Source: Chiloscyllium plagiosum
Taxonomy: Eukaryota
DNA length: 64,000 nucleotides
Assembly (NCBI RefSeq): GCF_004010195.1
Contig: NC_057750.1
Location: forward strand, 8,160,084 to 8,224,083
Direction of reading: 5' to 3'
The position numbers and the translations under genes are program-made. The notes beneath the pieces are model-generated. The model ran no database searches. It saw nothing but the letters and a program-made list of their open reading frames with translations, and had not been told where the DNA came from. Below, one piece after another: positions 12,921 through 25,644 of the stretch (position 1 is its first letter; each line of letters opens with the position of its first letter).

Positions 12921-14368
12921 CTTTCTCATTGCTTGATGTGATAATTCTGAACTTTTTTCCCTTGTCCCCATAATCCTTGATTCATTTACTGTTTAAATAT
13001 CTCTCAATCTCAGCCTTAAATATACTTAATGACCCAGCTTGAATTGTGATGAAGAATTCAAACAGGCTCACTACCCTCAGAAAAAATTCTTCTTCTATGT
13101 TAAATGGATGACTACTCACTGAGATTAAGCCCTCCGTCCTATGCTGTCACACAAGGAGAAAGGACATCTCTGCATTTCGCACTGTAAACCCTTAAGAATC
13201 TTGCATATTTCAATAAGATTTCTCTCATCCTGCTAAAGTGAGTTCAAGCTCAAACTCTCTGCATAAAATCCCTCAACCTAGGATCAACCTAGTGAACTTT
13301 GTCTGGTCTGCCTCCAATGGCAGTATGTCTTTCATTAGATAAAGGAACCAAAGCTATTCACAGTATTCAAACTGAACTCTAGCAAGATCTCTCTATTTTT
13401 ATGCTACAGTCCCTTTGGAATAAAGTCTAACATTCCAGTTGCTTTCCCTATTATCTATTGAACTTGGTAGCATTTTGTGGTTTATGCATGAGGGCCCCCA
13501 AACCCCTCTCTGCTTTCTGTATTTAAATAATAATAATCACTTCTGTTCTTCCTGCTACAATGCTTAATTTCACATTTTCCCACATTGTGCAAAATCTTGG
13601 AAGATGGAATACAGTCACTTAGCCCTGCCACTTAACTTGACTGTATCCCTCTGTTGAATCCTTGTCATCCTCTCTAATTGCCTTCCCATCTATTTTTGTC
13701 ATCTGCAAGCTTAGCATTCATACATTCACTTAGTCATAGGGTCATACAGTGCAGAAAAGGTCCTTCGGCCCATTGAGTCTGCACCGACAACTGCCACTAA
13801 GGCCCGCTGATCTCAATTTCCCTCCACTTGTCTGTGTTACTGTTAATCTGTCATCCAAGTCAGTAACATACTTTGTACATAATTGTGACTCCAGCAATGA
13901 TCCTGTAGCACTCCACTAGTTTCAGGTTGCAATTTTGAAAGTGGCCCATTTATCCAAACTCTGTCTTGGTTACACATGCCTGTATATGTGCTGATATACC
14001 CAAAACCATTGGCTTTTATCTTGGGTAGCGTTAAGAGTTGTGCTTTATTGAGCACTGTTGAGAAGATCAAATAGGAGTCTGCTGATTCCCTTTTATTTAT
14101 CCTCATTGTTACCTCAGGACTGTAATAAATTTATCAGGCATGACTTGTCCTTCATGAAACCCAGCTAACTTTGCACAATTATATTACGTATTTCTAATTG
14201 CTCTGCCAATATATAATAGGCACCGTCATTTACCCAGTGAATGATGTTAAGCTGCCAAGTTGATAGTTGTTTGTTTTATTGACTCCATCTGTTTTTGAAT
14301 AAATGTTTTTCAGTCCTCTGAGACTTGTCCAGAATCTAAAGGTTCTTGGAAGAATACTATCAATGCAT

Positions 14369-15309
14369 GTTGTGGTTCTGTTCGTCGAGCTGGGAATTTG
14401 TGTTGCAGACGTTTCGTCCCCTGTCTAGGTGACATCCTCCGTGCTTGGGAGCCTCCTGTGAAGCGCTTCTGTGATGTTTCCTCCGGCATTTATAGTGGTT
14501 TGTCTCTGCCACTTCCGGTTGTCAGTTCCAGCAACCACCCCAACACACAAAAGAAGTCGCATCAAGACACTGTTCAGAAGGGCCACGACACACTGCAGCA
14601 CACCAGAACTGCAAAGAGGAAGAAGAACCCCTCTACAATGTATTCGCCAAAAACGGATACCCCCGCAATTTCATCAACAGATGCCTAAGGGAAAGACAAT
14701 GGAATGAGGACATGCCACAACCCAAAGGACTAGCCACGTTACCATGCATCAAGAACATTTCTGAACTGACAGCCAGACTACTATGACCACTAGGACTCAT
14801 AACAGCACACAAACCAACAGTCACTCTCAGACAACAACTCACCAGGACAAAGGACCCAATAACCAGCATGAGCAAAACCAACGTAGTGTACAAAATCCCA
14901 TGCAAGGACTGCACAAAACACTACATAGGACAAACAGGAAGACAGCTAACGACAAGCAACATGAGTTCGACTGGGACAACACTACTATTATAGTACAAGC
15001 CAAACCGAGAACAGCCAGGGAATTCCTAGAGGCATGGCACTCATCCACAGATTCTATCAACAAACACATCGACCTGGACACAATATAGCGGCCACTGCAG
15101 CGGACAGCTGGAACTGACAACCGGAAGTGGCAGAGACAAACCACTATAAATGCCAGAGGCAACATCACAGAAGCGCTTCACAGGAGGCTCCCAAGCACTG
15201 AGGATGTCACCTAGACAGGGGACGAAACATCTGCAACACACATTCCCAGCTCGGCGAACAGAACCACAACAATGAACACCCAAGCTACAAATCTTCTCTC
15301 AAACTTTGA
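14369..15309 (+). mobile_element. 5'-truncated Penelope-like element (family B): RT C-terminus/linker, GIY-YIG endonuclease, 3' pseudo-LTR and inverted 5' pseudo-LTR
   Basis: 13-bp TSD ACTATCAATGCAT (14356-14368, 15310-15322). NVVYKIPCKDCTKHYIGQTGRQL GIY-YIG motif at ~14880-14948. 164-bp inverted arms at 14369-14532 and 15107-15270. Confidence 0.9.
15195..15234 (+). ncRNA. Minimal type-I hammerhead ribozyme motif in the PLE pseudo-LTR (GTC changed to ATC at the cleavage triplet)
   Basis: GCA-CTGAGGA-T-GTCACCT/AGAC/AGGGGAC-GAAA-C-ATC-TGC: conserved CUGANGA and GAAA cores, stem II and a 3-bp stem I. The inverted copy (14404-14444) has GAAACGTC intact but a CGGAGGA core. Confidence 0.7.
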
Positions 15310-18300
15310 ACTATCAATGCATCCACTTTCATTAGCTTATTCCTTTACTATCCTAGGATGCAATTCATTTCGGCTCAGGTGAGCTATCAATCTTTAACCC
15401 CACGAGTTCTCCTGCTACTTATTTTGTAGTGATACTTTTTATTTGTTTTCTCACCACCTCACCCCTTGATTTATTGAGTACTTCTGGAATACTTTTCCTG
15501 ATCTCTACTGTGAAAACTGATGCAATGCCTCTGCTTTTTTTTGATTCCCTATTATTAATTCCACAGTCTCGTTCTCTAACTGGCTTATTTTAACTGATGC
15601 ATGTCTCATCATTTTCATATATTTAAAAAGACTTTTACTGTCCGTTTTTATATTACTGGCTAGTTTGTCCTCAAAGTTTATTTTCTCCCTATTTTTGTTT
15701 AGGTCCCATTCCTCTGGTTTATCACTAAACTTTGCCACATTGAATGCTTTTTTCCCTTCATTTCTGTCCTTAACTTCATAGGTTAATTATGATTTGATTA
15801 TTCCTGAAATCCTTTATCCCAACTGGGATGTTGTGAGTCATGAGCTATTTTCTTCAGCAACTGCCACTGTTTCAAACCATCTTTTCTGCAAAACTCCTTT
15901 CCCAGTCCACTGAAGTCAATTCTTACAACCTCCTTTGTAATTACCACAGTTGTTTCTAACTCCAGTTTCTCTCTCAAACTGAATGCTAAATTCTACCATG
16001 TTATGGTCACTATTTCTTTTACTCAGATCATTCATTAAACCTGCTTCATCTCTCATCATACGCAAAATAATCTGATCCCTGGTTGGGTCCACGACATGTT
16101 GTTCTAGGAAATGTTTTGAATACACGCTTTGAATTCTTCATGGCTGCCATTAGCAATTGGATTTTTCCAAACCGACACAAAGATTTTAGTCACCCGTGAT
16201 GAATGAACTGCATTTTTTCACATGCCCTCAATACAAGGACCAAGAATACAAGCTACTGTTACAGGGCTTGTTTAGTTCTGAGAGTTAATCACCTTGTAGC
16301 CATGTCTTTGGAATGGGCAGTACACTGGTCCTAGCAATGTTCAAGTGAAACCCCTCTGACTGGAACAACACCCTTTCACCCCAGTACTGTGCCAGTGCCC
16401 CATTCCTCTCAAGGAAACTTTTAAGTCGCATTTAATTCCTTGGCTTTATTCTGCCTGCGACTTTGATAGTAATCTTTAGGTTATTTCCTTGGAAATTTTA
16501 CATTTTAGTTTAGCTTCTAACTTTTTTTTGAAAAAAATCTTTCTAATACAATAAATGTTGTTGGTACCAATGTGGATGATGACAACTGGATACCTCCATT
16601 CCCATTCGAAGGTCCTCATGGTCCCTCAGGTGATGCATTTAACCCTGGCACTAGTCGGGCAGTGCACCCTTCAGGACTAATCCCCATTGTATCTATCTCC
16701 CAATTATACTGTTTCCTACTACTTTCTTTCTCTCTCTTGAGTGGCCCCATATTACCATAACGTCATGGTCAATTCACTAATTCTGCAGTCCTTACTGTTG
16801 TCCACACAGCTGAGAAGAACCTCATTATTGTTGGATAATAGCAGGGCAAAGACTGCTCAAGAGCTACTCCTTGTGTTTCCATACCTACCTCACCTATGTT
16901 CACATCCTCCTCTCCATGATTTGACACCTTGATCAGAGATTGAATTACCTAATCTTAGGAGTGTGACCACCTCCTGGGGCCAAGTGCCCAGGTAACTTGC
17001 TACTTTCCTGATTTGTGCAGTGTCTGCAGCTTGGACTCCCAACTCCTCAACTTTAATCTGATGTTTCTTGAGCTGCAGACACTTGAGAGTTCCATGTGGA
17101 TCATCTCAGTGTCTGGCAGCTCAGACCTGTCACAGCTGCGACGTGTCGCCTGACCTGTCATCTCCAACATAATTTATTCAAATTAATTAAATTGCTCTAA
17201 TGTCCCTGCTCTTTGTGCTTGAATTGCCACTCTGGCAATTTTTTTGCAGTGATTTCCTTTATTACATTAGTATCAATCTCTTATCTAACAAATTATTTCT
17301 GAGAAAAAAAATTGGAGCATTGAACACAAATTGAAGATCTTTTACTTTGAAGACTTTTTAAAATATTTGTCACACCTACTTATCAGTTGCTTTGTTTAGG
17401 CAAAAGAAACCGAACACCACTTTCCTTTTCTCAAGTGAACTCCTTGAGACACTCCATTCTGGTGTAATTCATTCCAGATATCTTCTAAACAACCTGTTCA
17501 GAAACTTTATTGTATACCTCTGGAGCAGGTCTGCCTTAAACCTGGGCCTTCTGCAGAAGTAGGAACACTATCACAAGAGTCCTCCACTTGATTGTTGGTC
17601 ATGCTTGAGCGTTGGCCTATTTGTATGTGCTGCCATTGCAAAGGTCATCTATTTAATGAGGATCCTGTTTCAGCTGCTTTTTAATTATGCTGCTTTTCCA
17701 ATACACCCTTTGAAAACAAATCTGTTCAAAGCTCGCAAGTACAGAATTAAAAAATATTATTTCACTTCAATACCATCTACAAATTACACTGTAAATTAGG
17801 TTGAGTTATGTTCGCACAAATTAAAGATTTTGACACTTTGTTACCCAGCCAATGTAGGCACCCAGTCCAACAATCTGCTTTGTAACCAACAGATAAACAG
17901 TAACATGCATGTTTATCTCTATTCTGTGCCTTGGTGTTCTTTGTCTTTAACTTGGATGCACCTGTCATTTTTATTGGCTGACAGGAAGTGAACATTGTGA
18001 TGAGCAGCAAACTGCTGTTGTGTACCTATGTTAAGTTGATTCAACGGCCACCCTTACTACCTGTACTTAGACTTGAACCAGCACAAATGAGATGTTTTTC
18101 GCTATCCACTCCCCTACACTTACTGCCTCTCCTACATAAGCAAGTGTGTTCAGTATGTTAATCTTGCTGCTGCCTTGTAATTGATTTCAATCTTGGACAA
18201 GCAGTTGCTTGTAAAAGATATTCATGTAACTGCTTCAGTCCATCATTCAGTTTATGAATTGGAGCTGTAATATTCTGAATGTTGCAGGATTAATTTCTTC

Positions 18301-19990
18301 TTTACTCCTCAGTTTTAATGATATTGTTACGGCGACGACACAGCTTCCTCCTGAGGTTTTGGTTTCTTATCTGATTTGTAATGGTCTGATCATTTTTCTG
18401 TTGTATAGTTTTATTTTTGTTGCTTTTCCATCCTACACCCACACACAATGGAAATTCCTCAAGTCCTTAGGTTAGTTTTCTAACAGTATTGCAGTGTGCC
18501 AGAAGTGTTTTCAGCAGTATTGGATGTATAATTTTGTATACTGTCAGCTTGAACTGTAGGGAAACACCCAGTTGTATAATTATAGGGTTTGAACAGTTGC
18601 ATAAATGCATTTGTCATGGGTAAAGGTAACTTTGAACCATGTTAAGACCATCCCCAAATTTATTGTCTATAAACTGCATTTAAATCTATTTTGTAATAGA
18701 ATTGTGGGCTATAGAGCAGGAATCCAAGAAACATTGAAGTTTTTTCTGCTTGTACAAGATACTGTTATGAAATTCAAGGAATGTAAACTTGCTTTACATT
18801 CCAGCTGTACAGCAATGCTGATATAATCTCTGATTGGAAGCTGTGCGTTCCTGACCATTATCCCTTTTGTGAAGTTCCAATGCTGTAAGAAATAATCAGA
18901 TTTCCTTTGGTTAATAGGAAACTTTACTGCTGAAGGTCTATAAACGACAAAATTACAGTTATATTCCAGCCCTTTCTGTTTTGTATCGAACAAGCTGTTG
19001 TTTCTCTTCTCTTCTAATATTAAAGCAGAGGTGAAATGTGACACTCATGCCTGGCAACAGTCCGGTTAAACTGCATTTTGACAGCAGGATGTGGGTGGAA
19101 AGTTAGGAAAAGCTTGCTTACGTTTGAGTTAGAGACACCAGGGTCTTCATTGTAATCCTAAACTCTCCACATGGTGCTTTGCAGCTGAAATATTCTGTCG
19201 GTCATTCCCATGAAGGTGTTGCATGAACTTTAATTGCACACATCTTCACCCATTGTATATTGCTGCGCAAGTGGCCTTATTTGCAATTTAGATCCAAAAA
19301 TTGCTTGCAATTGAACAAATGTTCAGGTTACATTTTATATTGCATGTCATCTTTAATCCACAGCCTGTAACCTACTAATGAAAGTATATTATTTTATAAC
19401 TTCACAAAATGGTGAGCTAAGGTGTGTAGGAGTAGTATGGCATCATTTGCTCTGGAGGGTGGGATAAACCAGCCCTAATTGTGGAAGTAATGGCTTCATC
19501 CTCCGTGTTTAGTTGTCATGAATAAAGTGATATGTGTTATTGATTGATTGTTACAATGACATGATACGTAATGACTGCGAAATGTTCCAATCTATCATTT
19601 CCTGTTAGATCCACAGTTTGAGTGATATTGCAGCTGAAATGATGACATAGCTGCAATGTGATATCTGTAATTATCTGCCCCAATAATGTAACATTCCTTT
19701 AATGCCACGTAATGTTGTCACTCCAGATAATGTGGTCAACTCCTGGAATGGAGCTCAATTCTTCTGTCTTAGAAGTGCATGCATAACTAACTAAGCCAAT
19801 CTGACATGAGAAAAGATATGGGAGGGCAGAGATGATTAATGAATCAGAGCATGTTATTGTGAGCCATAATATTAAACTATGGTGCAAGATGTCTTTAGCA
19901 TCCTTTAAAGAAATATCAGCATAGGTGGAGTTGTGGAAAAAGAATGATAAATCATGGGGAGTGGGGTGAATATAATGGAAAGGAAAAAAA

Positions 19991-20089
19991 GTATCCAGGG
20001 AAGAAGGGCCTGTGCCCGAAACGTCGAATCTCCTGTTCCCTGGATGCTGCCTGACCTGCTGTGCTGTTCCAGCAATAAAGTTTCAACTT
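19991..20089 (+). mobile_element. Penelope-like terminal element (family A variant) with a short inverted 5' segment
   Basis: GAAGAAGGGCCTGTGCCCGAAACGTCGAATCTCCTGTTCCCTGGATGCTGCC...; homologous to 6800-6925. Confidence 0.75.
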
Positions 20090-20206
20090 GTAAAATAAGT
20101 CAACCGTACCTGAACTGAATGCAGCCTTGCCACACTTAGCCGTTTTCTAACCAGGCTGGTTGTTGTGAGCTTGATTTTTTTTAATTTGGCAAACTTATTT
20201 TTAATT

Positions 20207-20510
20207 CTTAGATGTGGGTGTTTCTGGCTGGGCCGGTATTTATTGCCCATCCCTAGCTCCAATCACATTGCTGTCAGCCTAGAGTCACATCTTGGCCAGA
20301 TGAGGTAAGGACAGCAAATTTCCTTCCCAGAAGCATGTTAGTGAACCAGAGAGGTTTTTTGCAACAATTGAAACTAGCCATTAGGCTAGTTTTTTTTTAA
20401 AATCCCAAACTTTTTACCAATGAATTAAAATTTTATCTGTCATAGTGGGATTTGAACCCAAGTCCTCAGGACTATTACACCAGTGACATAACCACTTGGC
20501 CACTGTCTCC
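20207..20510 (-). mobile_element. Old SINE, SacSINE1/DeuSINE-like (further copies at ~44152-44275 and ~60487-60870)
   Basis: Shared blocks such as GGCTGGGCC...ATTTATTGCCCAT in several copies; tRNA-like B-box remnant (GGGATTTGAACCC on the + strand). Family name from recall. Confidence 0.55.
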
Positions 20511-21504
20511 ACCTTTTTAAAAATAATGTTGAATCATTTAATATTTTTAAATACTATTTTTGTACTCCCAACCTCCAACTATCCAGCTTTCTTCTTCAAA
20601 TTACAACAAGAACAGTTAGCCGCTTATTTTTCCAGTTTTTTCTTAAATATTAAACCTGTTCTCCTGAAACTCGGCTTGTCTTCTCAGTTGTCCTTGGGCA
20701 CCATGCAATTGAAAATTTCAACTACTTCCCCTTGTATCTAGCTCCTCAAAACAGACTCGCCAGTTTCTTAAACATAATTTGTACTATTAATTTCTGTATT
20801 GTCTAATAGTGCTTGTGTAATGGACAGTATAGAATTATCTGTTTACACCCAGATCGCATGAGATTCTAATGAGTTGAAAATATTCCTAATAGTTTGAGTA
20901 TTCTGTAACTTGGAGTCTGTACCTGAGGCATGCTATGTGAACAGTAGTGTGCGTGAGTATGCAAACTGTTCTAAAATTAACTTTCATCAGTATAGGGTTT
21001 GTACTTAAATTTTCTTCTTGGTCTAACAATTTCTTGTTTGATGTGAAATAAACCAGTTTCCTTGCTGTCAATCGTTGACATAAAATGTGAATAACAGCTG
21101 TGAAATTTAAAGTGCCGAAATCTCCTGGAAATCAACCCTTTTAGCACAGACGTATGAGCGAGTATACACACCTGTTTGAAAAGCATGATCACAAGTGATT
21201 CTGCTAACCCCCTGGTGGCTAAGGTAGAAATTTACCTGTATCATACAGCAGAAAGTCCTGAAGATTGGCCCATGTTGAACACCTCCAAGCTGGGAGGCAG
21301 CAGGTAGGATGGCATTGTTGCCTTCTCGGCTAGCTAAATGAGAAAATCAGTCAATATTCCTTTATCTAATAGTCCAGTATCCTCTGTGGAAAGTCCACTA
21401 TAAATATTGAGTGAAGACTGGACTCAGCTGTGAAACCACATAGCCCTCTTATAGTGAAGTAGACTTAATACATGGAAAATTGAGAAACTAGAGAGCTGCC
21501 AGTA

Positions 21505-21592
21505 GAGTCATAGAGACGTACAGCACGGAAACAGACCCTTCGGTGCAACTTAACCATGCCGACCAGATATCCCAACCCAATAAAATCTCACA
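21505..21592 (-). mobile_element. CR1 3' terminal fragment
   Basis: Reverse complement of the 31770-31845 tail. Confidence 0.8.
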
Positions 21593-21901
21593 TGTAGTCT
21601 CTTTGTTCAGCAACACTTGGAATAGAACTTGTAAAGATATCTGGATTTTGTTTGGAGTATCTTCTATTTTCTTTGTGTTTATGGGGCAGGTGGAATTGCT
21701 TATTAAGCCATCTATTGATAATTCTTCAATTCTTCTGTTTTGCTGATTATGAATTCTGGATGGTAGTTGCCATCAAGTTCTGCATCATTAATAGTATTTG
21801 TTTCTGAGATGAGCTAAAAACATTTGGAAATTCCTGACGAGGTTAAATAACACTCAAAATTTTCTTAATCTATGTACAATGCTCAGAATTGGATTATTCT
21901 C

Positions 21902-21902
<1 letters not shown>

Positions 21903-21932
<30 letters not shown>

Positions 21933-21933
21933 A
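21903..21933 (+). repeat. Poly(C) tract (others at ~4247-4268 and ~52621-52639)
   Basis: Mononucleotide run. Confidence 0.95.
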
Positions 21934-22037
21934 CCTCCAGTATGTATAGATCTCAAAGTTTAGTTATTTTCAACTGAATACTAAATAATCCTGAAATTCA
22001 ACTAACCTTTTGAGTTCATTACAAAATAATTTCACAC

Positions 22038-22375
22038 AGCGAGTTTTGAGAAGGTTTGTAGCTCAGGTTGAGGTTCTGGATGTAGGTTTGCTTGCTGAGC
22101 TGGGACGTTCATTTCCAGACGTTTTGTTATCCTACTAGGTAACCTCTTCAGTGAGGCTCAGGCGAAGCAGTGTATATGATTCCTGCTTTCTATTTATATG
22201 TTTGGGTTGGTGATGTCATTTCCTGTTTTTTTTCTCAGAGGATTGTAAATAGGATCCAAGTCAATGTGTTTGTTGATAAGTCCCGGTTGCTTCTAGGGAT
22301 TCTCATGTGTATCTCTGTTTGGCTTGTCATAAGATGGGTGTGTTGTCCCAGTCGAAGTGGTGGCCTTCCTTGCTT
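22038..22375 (-). mobile_element. Penelope-like element 3' end (family B relative); shorter pieces at 25025-25133 and 26535-26606
   Basis: The minus strand encodes HFDWDNTPIL...INKHIDLDPIY, similar to 14960-15085, followed by a pseudo-LTR with a CTGAAGA...AAAACGTC hammerhead remnant. Confidence 0.75.
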
Positions 22376-24666
22376 GCTTCCTTAATTTCACATGCTTATT
22401 TTGACTTTGAAGGAGAAACAAAAGACAATGTGAAGACTGGGAATTTTCAAGTATGCACAGCTGATAAGTTTATTCATATCAAAAAAGGAAAAATGTTAAT
22501 TCATATTTCACATTGACATACTGGTAATTCTGATGTGGTGTACTTGGTGATAACTTTGTTCAATACAGGACTCCCAGAGTGGGCTTGGGGAATACAGTGG
22601 GGTTGCCAGCTGAAACTTTGGGATTGAGTTCTGACGCAGCAACAGCCACCATGGAGCTCCAACCAAGTTGCGCCAGAACACAGTACATTCCCCAGAGGCA
22701 TCCTTTGTATGCATTATGCTTTGAGGTTCTCAAACATATGAAATGTCGTATTGCCTCATGCTTAATAAAAATTAGAATGTTTGATATTTTCAATTCTGTT
22801 CCTTAATTTTTTTCAACTTGAGCATCTGACTAGCTGTACAATTATGGTTTGAGTTAGAGGATAACTGAAGTGTTAGCTTGTCATTTCGCAGATATTTGCA
22901 GATCTTTATATTGGTTGTTTCTCTTTACCTCCTGTTCACATAAATTTGGTTTGTTCAAAAAAAGACCTTTTATAAGATCAGCCAAATTCTGATGGTTACA
23001 TCTTTGTCACTGATGATGGCAATGGGGTTAAGTGACAAATTAACAAAAAATGTCAAATGTTTTGGCACAAATGTTGAAACATATGATTTGTGCTTTTTAC
23101 CAGAAGACTATTTTACTACTTTTGATAATGCAAATGTTTTAAACTCAATAGAACATTCAAGTTGTTGAAAAATTAAATGCTAATTACTTAAGCATGTTTA
23201 ATTTGACTGAAGGCCCTTTACCAAGGGCCCATATTTTGTGTATTATGAGTAGTGTGTCATAGACTTCTGCATTCCTTCTATAAAATGACACTTTGCTTAG
23301 GTGGTGTCTTTGCAACTTCCATTTGAGATTTAGTTATGGTCTCCCTGAACTATTGCTGTGTCTTCCAAAATAAGAATTGTGTTCTGAGGGGACAAGAAAA
23401 GATATTTTCTTTCTGTTGCTTGTACCGACAGTTTTCTGGCAAATCCAGCATTGAGTCTGAGATTGAAGAGCACCATGTACAGTTTAGCTTCCAAGCGCAA
23501 TGTAGATGGTCAAAAGTCAACTTAAGAATTCTGAGTTTTCATAATCTGTGATCTCTATCATGTTGATTGCAAAGTCTCTGATGTCTGATCTCACTGGCTG
23601 GCTATGTTTTGACCAAAAATCGTTCAAAGCTGGTTAAGTATTTAAAGAAGCAATGACTCTGGTTGCTGACTCTTTCTTCAAACACTTTAAGGACAAAGAA
23701 GGAATAAACATAATATCAGAGTGTGTCACAAGCTTTCGCAGTAGTAAGATGAGTAAAATATTTCTCATGGCATCTTTTCAGCAACCAAAGCAAGATATGA
23801 TGGTCTGCGAATGTTTCTCACTGCAGTTCAATGAATCTGTCAATGTAACCTGCACAGCACAGCTTATTTATTTTTGTGCACATGGTTTTTAAGAACACAT
23901 CTGAAAGGGATCTTCTCACCCTTTTGTCCTTTCAAAACGAAAGTAAGTGGTGAGGATCTTTGCAACATATTCAAAAGTACATGCTTGGGGAAAAAATAAT
24001 TCCAATCATGATACAGGCTTCCATCATTACCAAGGGTGCACCAGCCATGTTGTATGCAAATATGGATTTTGTTGAACTTGCAAACGTTATTCTGATTTTT
24101 CTTCTGTTAATTGCTACTGTAAAATCTGGCAAGTTTTAATGAGTAACACTATGAACTTTTCTCATGTAGTGAACACTTCTGTTAAGATTGTAAACTCCAT
24201 CCAAACGAGCTCTTCTGCACCACTCTTGTTACTCAATGAAGTTAATGCTACATAGTGGACAAATCCACCATGTTGAAATTGTGACTTTTCTTAAATCAGG
24301 GAATGAGGTGTGCAGGGGTTGCTTTAAAGTTTACACAGGTAAACTTTAAAACTGAACAAGCTAAACTGAGAATTTCATGGAAAGAACAAACGTTTGATTA
24401 GTGCTGTGAATGTGTTCAAATCAGAACACACTGCGATCTTCCCAGTTTAAAAAAAAATCAAAGCGCAAGCACTTTGTGGAGAAAATTCTAGAAAAAATCC
24501 AAGACAAAAAACTTTTTTTTTCTCTCCTCGGAAAGCTCTGTGAACTCTTGAAGTTGGAGGACTTAACAGGCGATTTCAGGCATTGGGCATGATAGAACAA
24601 ATTGTCATGTTCATCATCTTATTCATTCCTTGAAGTAGACATTGGTTGATGGGTTCCAAATTCCAT

Positions 24667-25416
24667 TAGGTGTTTGATTTGCAAAGCAGTGGTATTGATA
24701 TTGATATGATATCAGCTCAATATCATTTGAATGTAACTAAATGACAGCATTTTTTGGGGACTCAAATGGGAAAAATATCCACACCTATCATTGTGCTTTG
24801 AAGATCAAAGTTTACTTTGATTCCACATATATCTCTGAGACAGCATTCTCCCAAATGAAGATATTAAAGTCCAAGTAATCCACCTGCCTCTTAGTTATCC
24901 GTTTGATGGACTGTATGTGAGTACCAGTCTCAGGTGACACACCGAAACTTAATGAGTACAGGGTAAAATGAATACTTATGTACTTTTGTTTTTAAATGCT
25001 ATATAAATCTAAAACCAACTATTCTATGGATGAAAGTTTGCTCACTGAGATGGAAAGTTCATTTTCAGACGTTCTGTCACCATACTAGGTTAACATTATC
25101 AGTGAGCCTCTAGTGAAGCCTGCTCAAAACTCGCAAATTATTCTACATTTTCCTCAAGATAGCTCCTGGGTTGCACTTAAATCAAAATGTAATCTTGTGT
25201 TTAAGAATGTTGGAGACTACTGCCTTAATTGGTTTGCCTACACTGAGTGCAGTTTACATGAGCAAAAACCTGCTTTAATAATTCAATGGTGTGGATAGGT
25301 GTGGATATTTTTCCCATTTGAGTCCCCAAAAAATGCTGTCATTTAGTTACATTCAAATGATATTGAGCTGATATCATATCAATATCAATACCACTGCTTT
25401 GCAAATCAAACACCTA
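24667..25416. repeat. Perfect 123-bp inverted repeat (24667-24789 / 25294-25416) with a 504-bp spacer
   Basis: Base-by-base reverse-complement identity, read from the sequence. Confidence 0.95.
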
Positions 25417-25644
25417 CATCACTCGTTCTCATCAAAAGGTATCCTTTTTATGAGCAATTTTGTGTAACCATATTTAATTTCTATTCTAGCATTTTCCACA
25501 AAATGTTGAATTTAGGTATATACTATCTTAAATATACCAAAACATGTTTATATACTTCTCACCAACTGACGCACCAAGCATTAGAGGTTTTAGGTGCTTA
25601 AATTTAGATGGTCAGTTGACCATCTCTTTTGTAAGTGGTGTAGG

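Larger units (their letters stand above)
12436..17200 (-). mobile_element. Near full-length, heavily degenerate CR1 LINE with nested insertions
   Basis: 3'UTR at 12436-13050; RT remnants (e.g. ETSGVLQ ~13910; LASNIKTDSKSLFKY ~15640); endonuclease (FLEQHVVDPTR, SDHNMVEF ~16000-16110); ORF1-like remnants to ~17160. Confidence 0.75.

Noticed and set aside
22569..22806. GC-richer 75-aa ORF with a Kozak-like GCCACCATGG
   Set aside because: No recognisable protein similarity or consistent exon boundaries.
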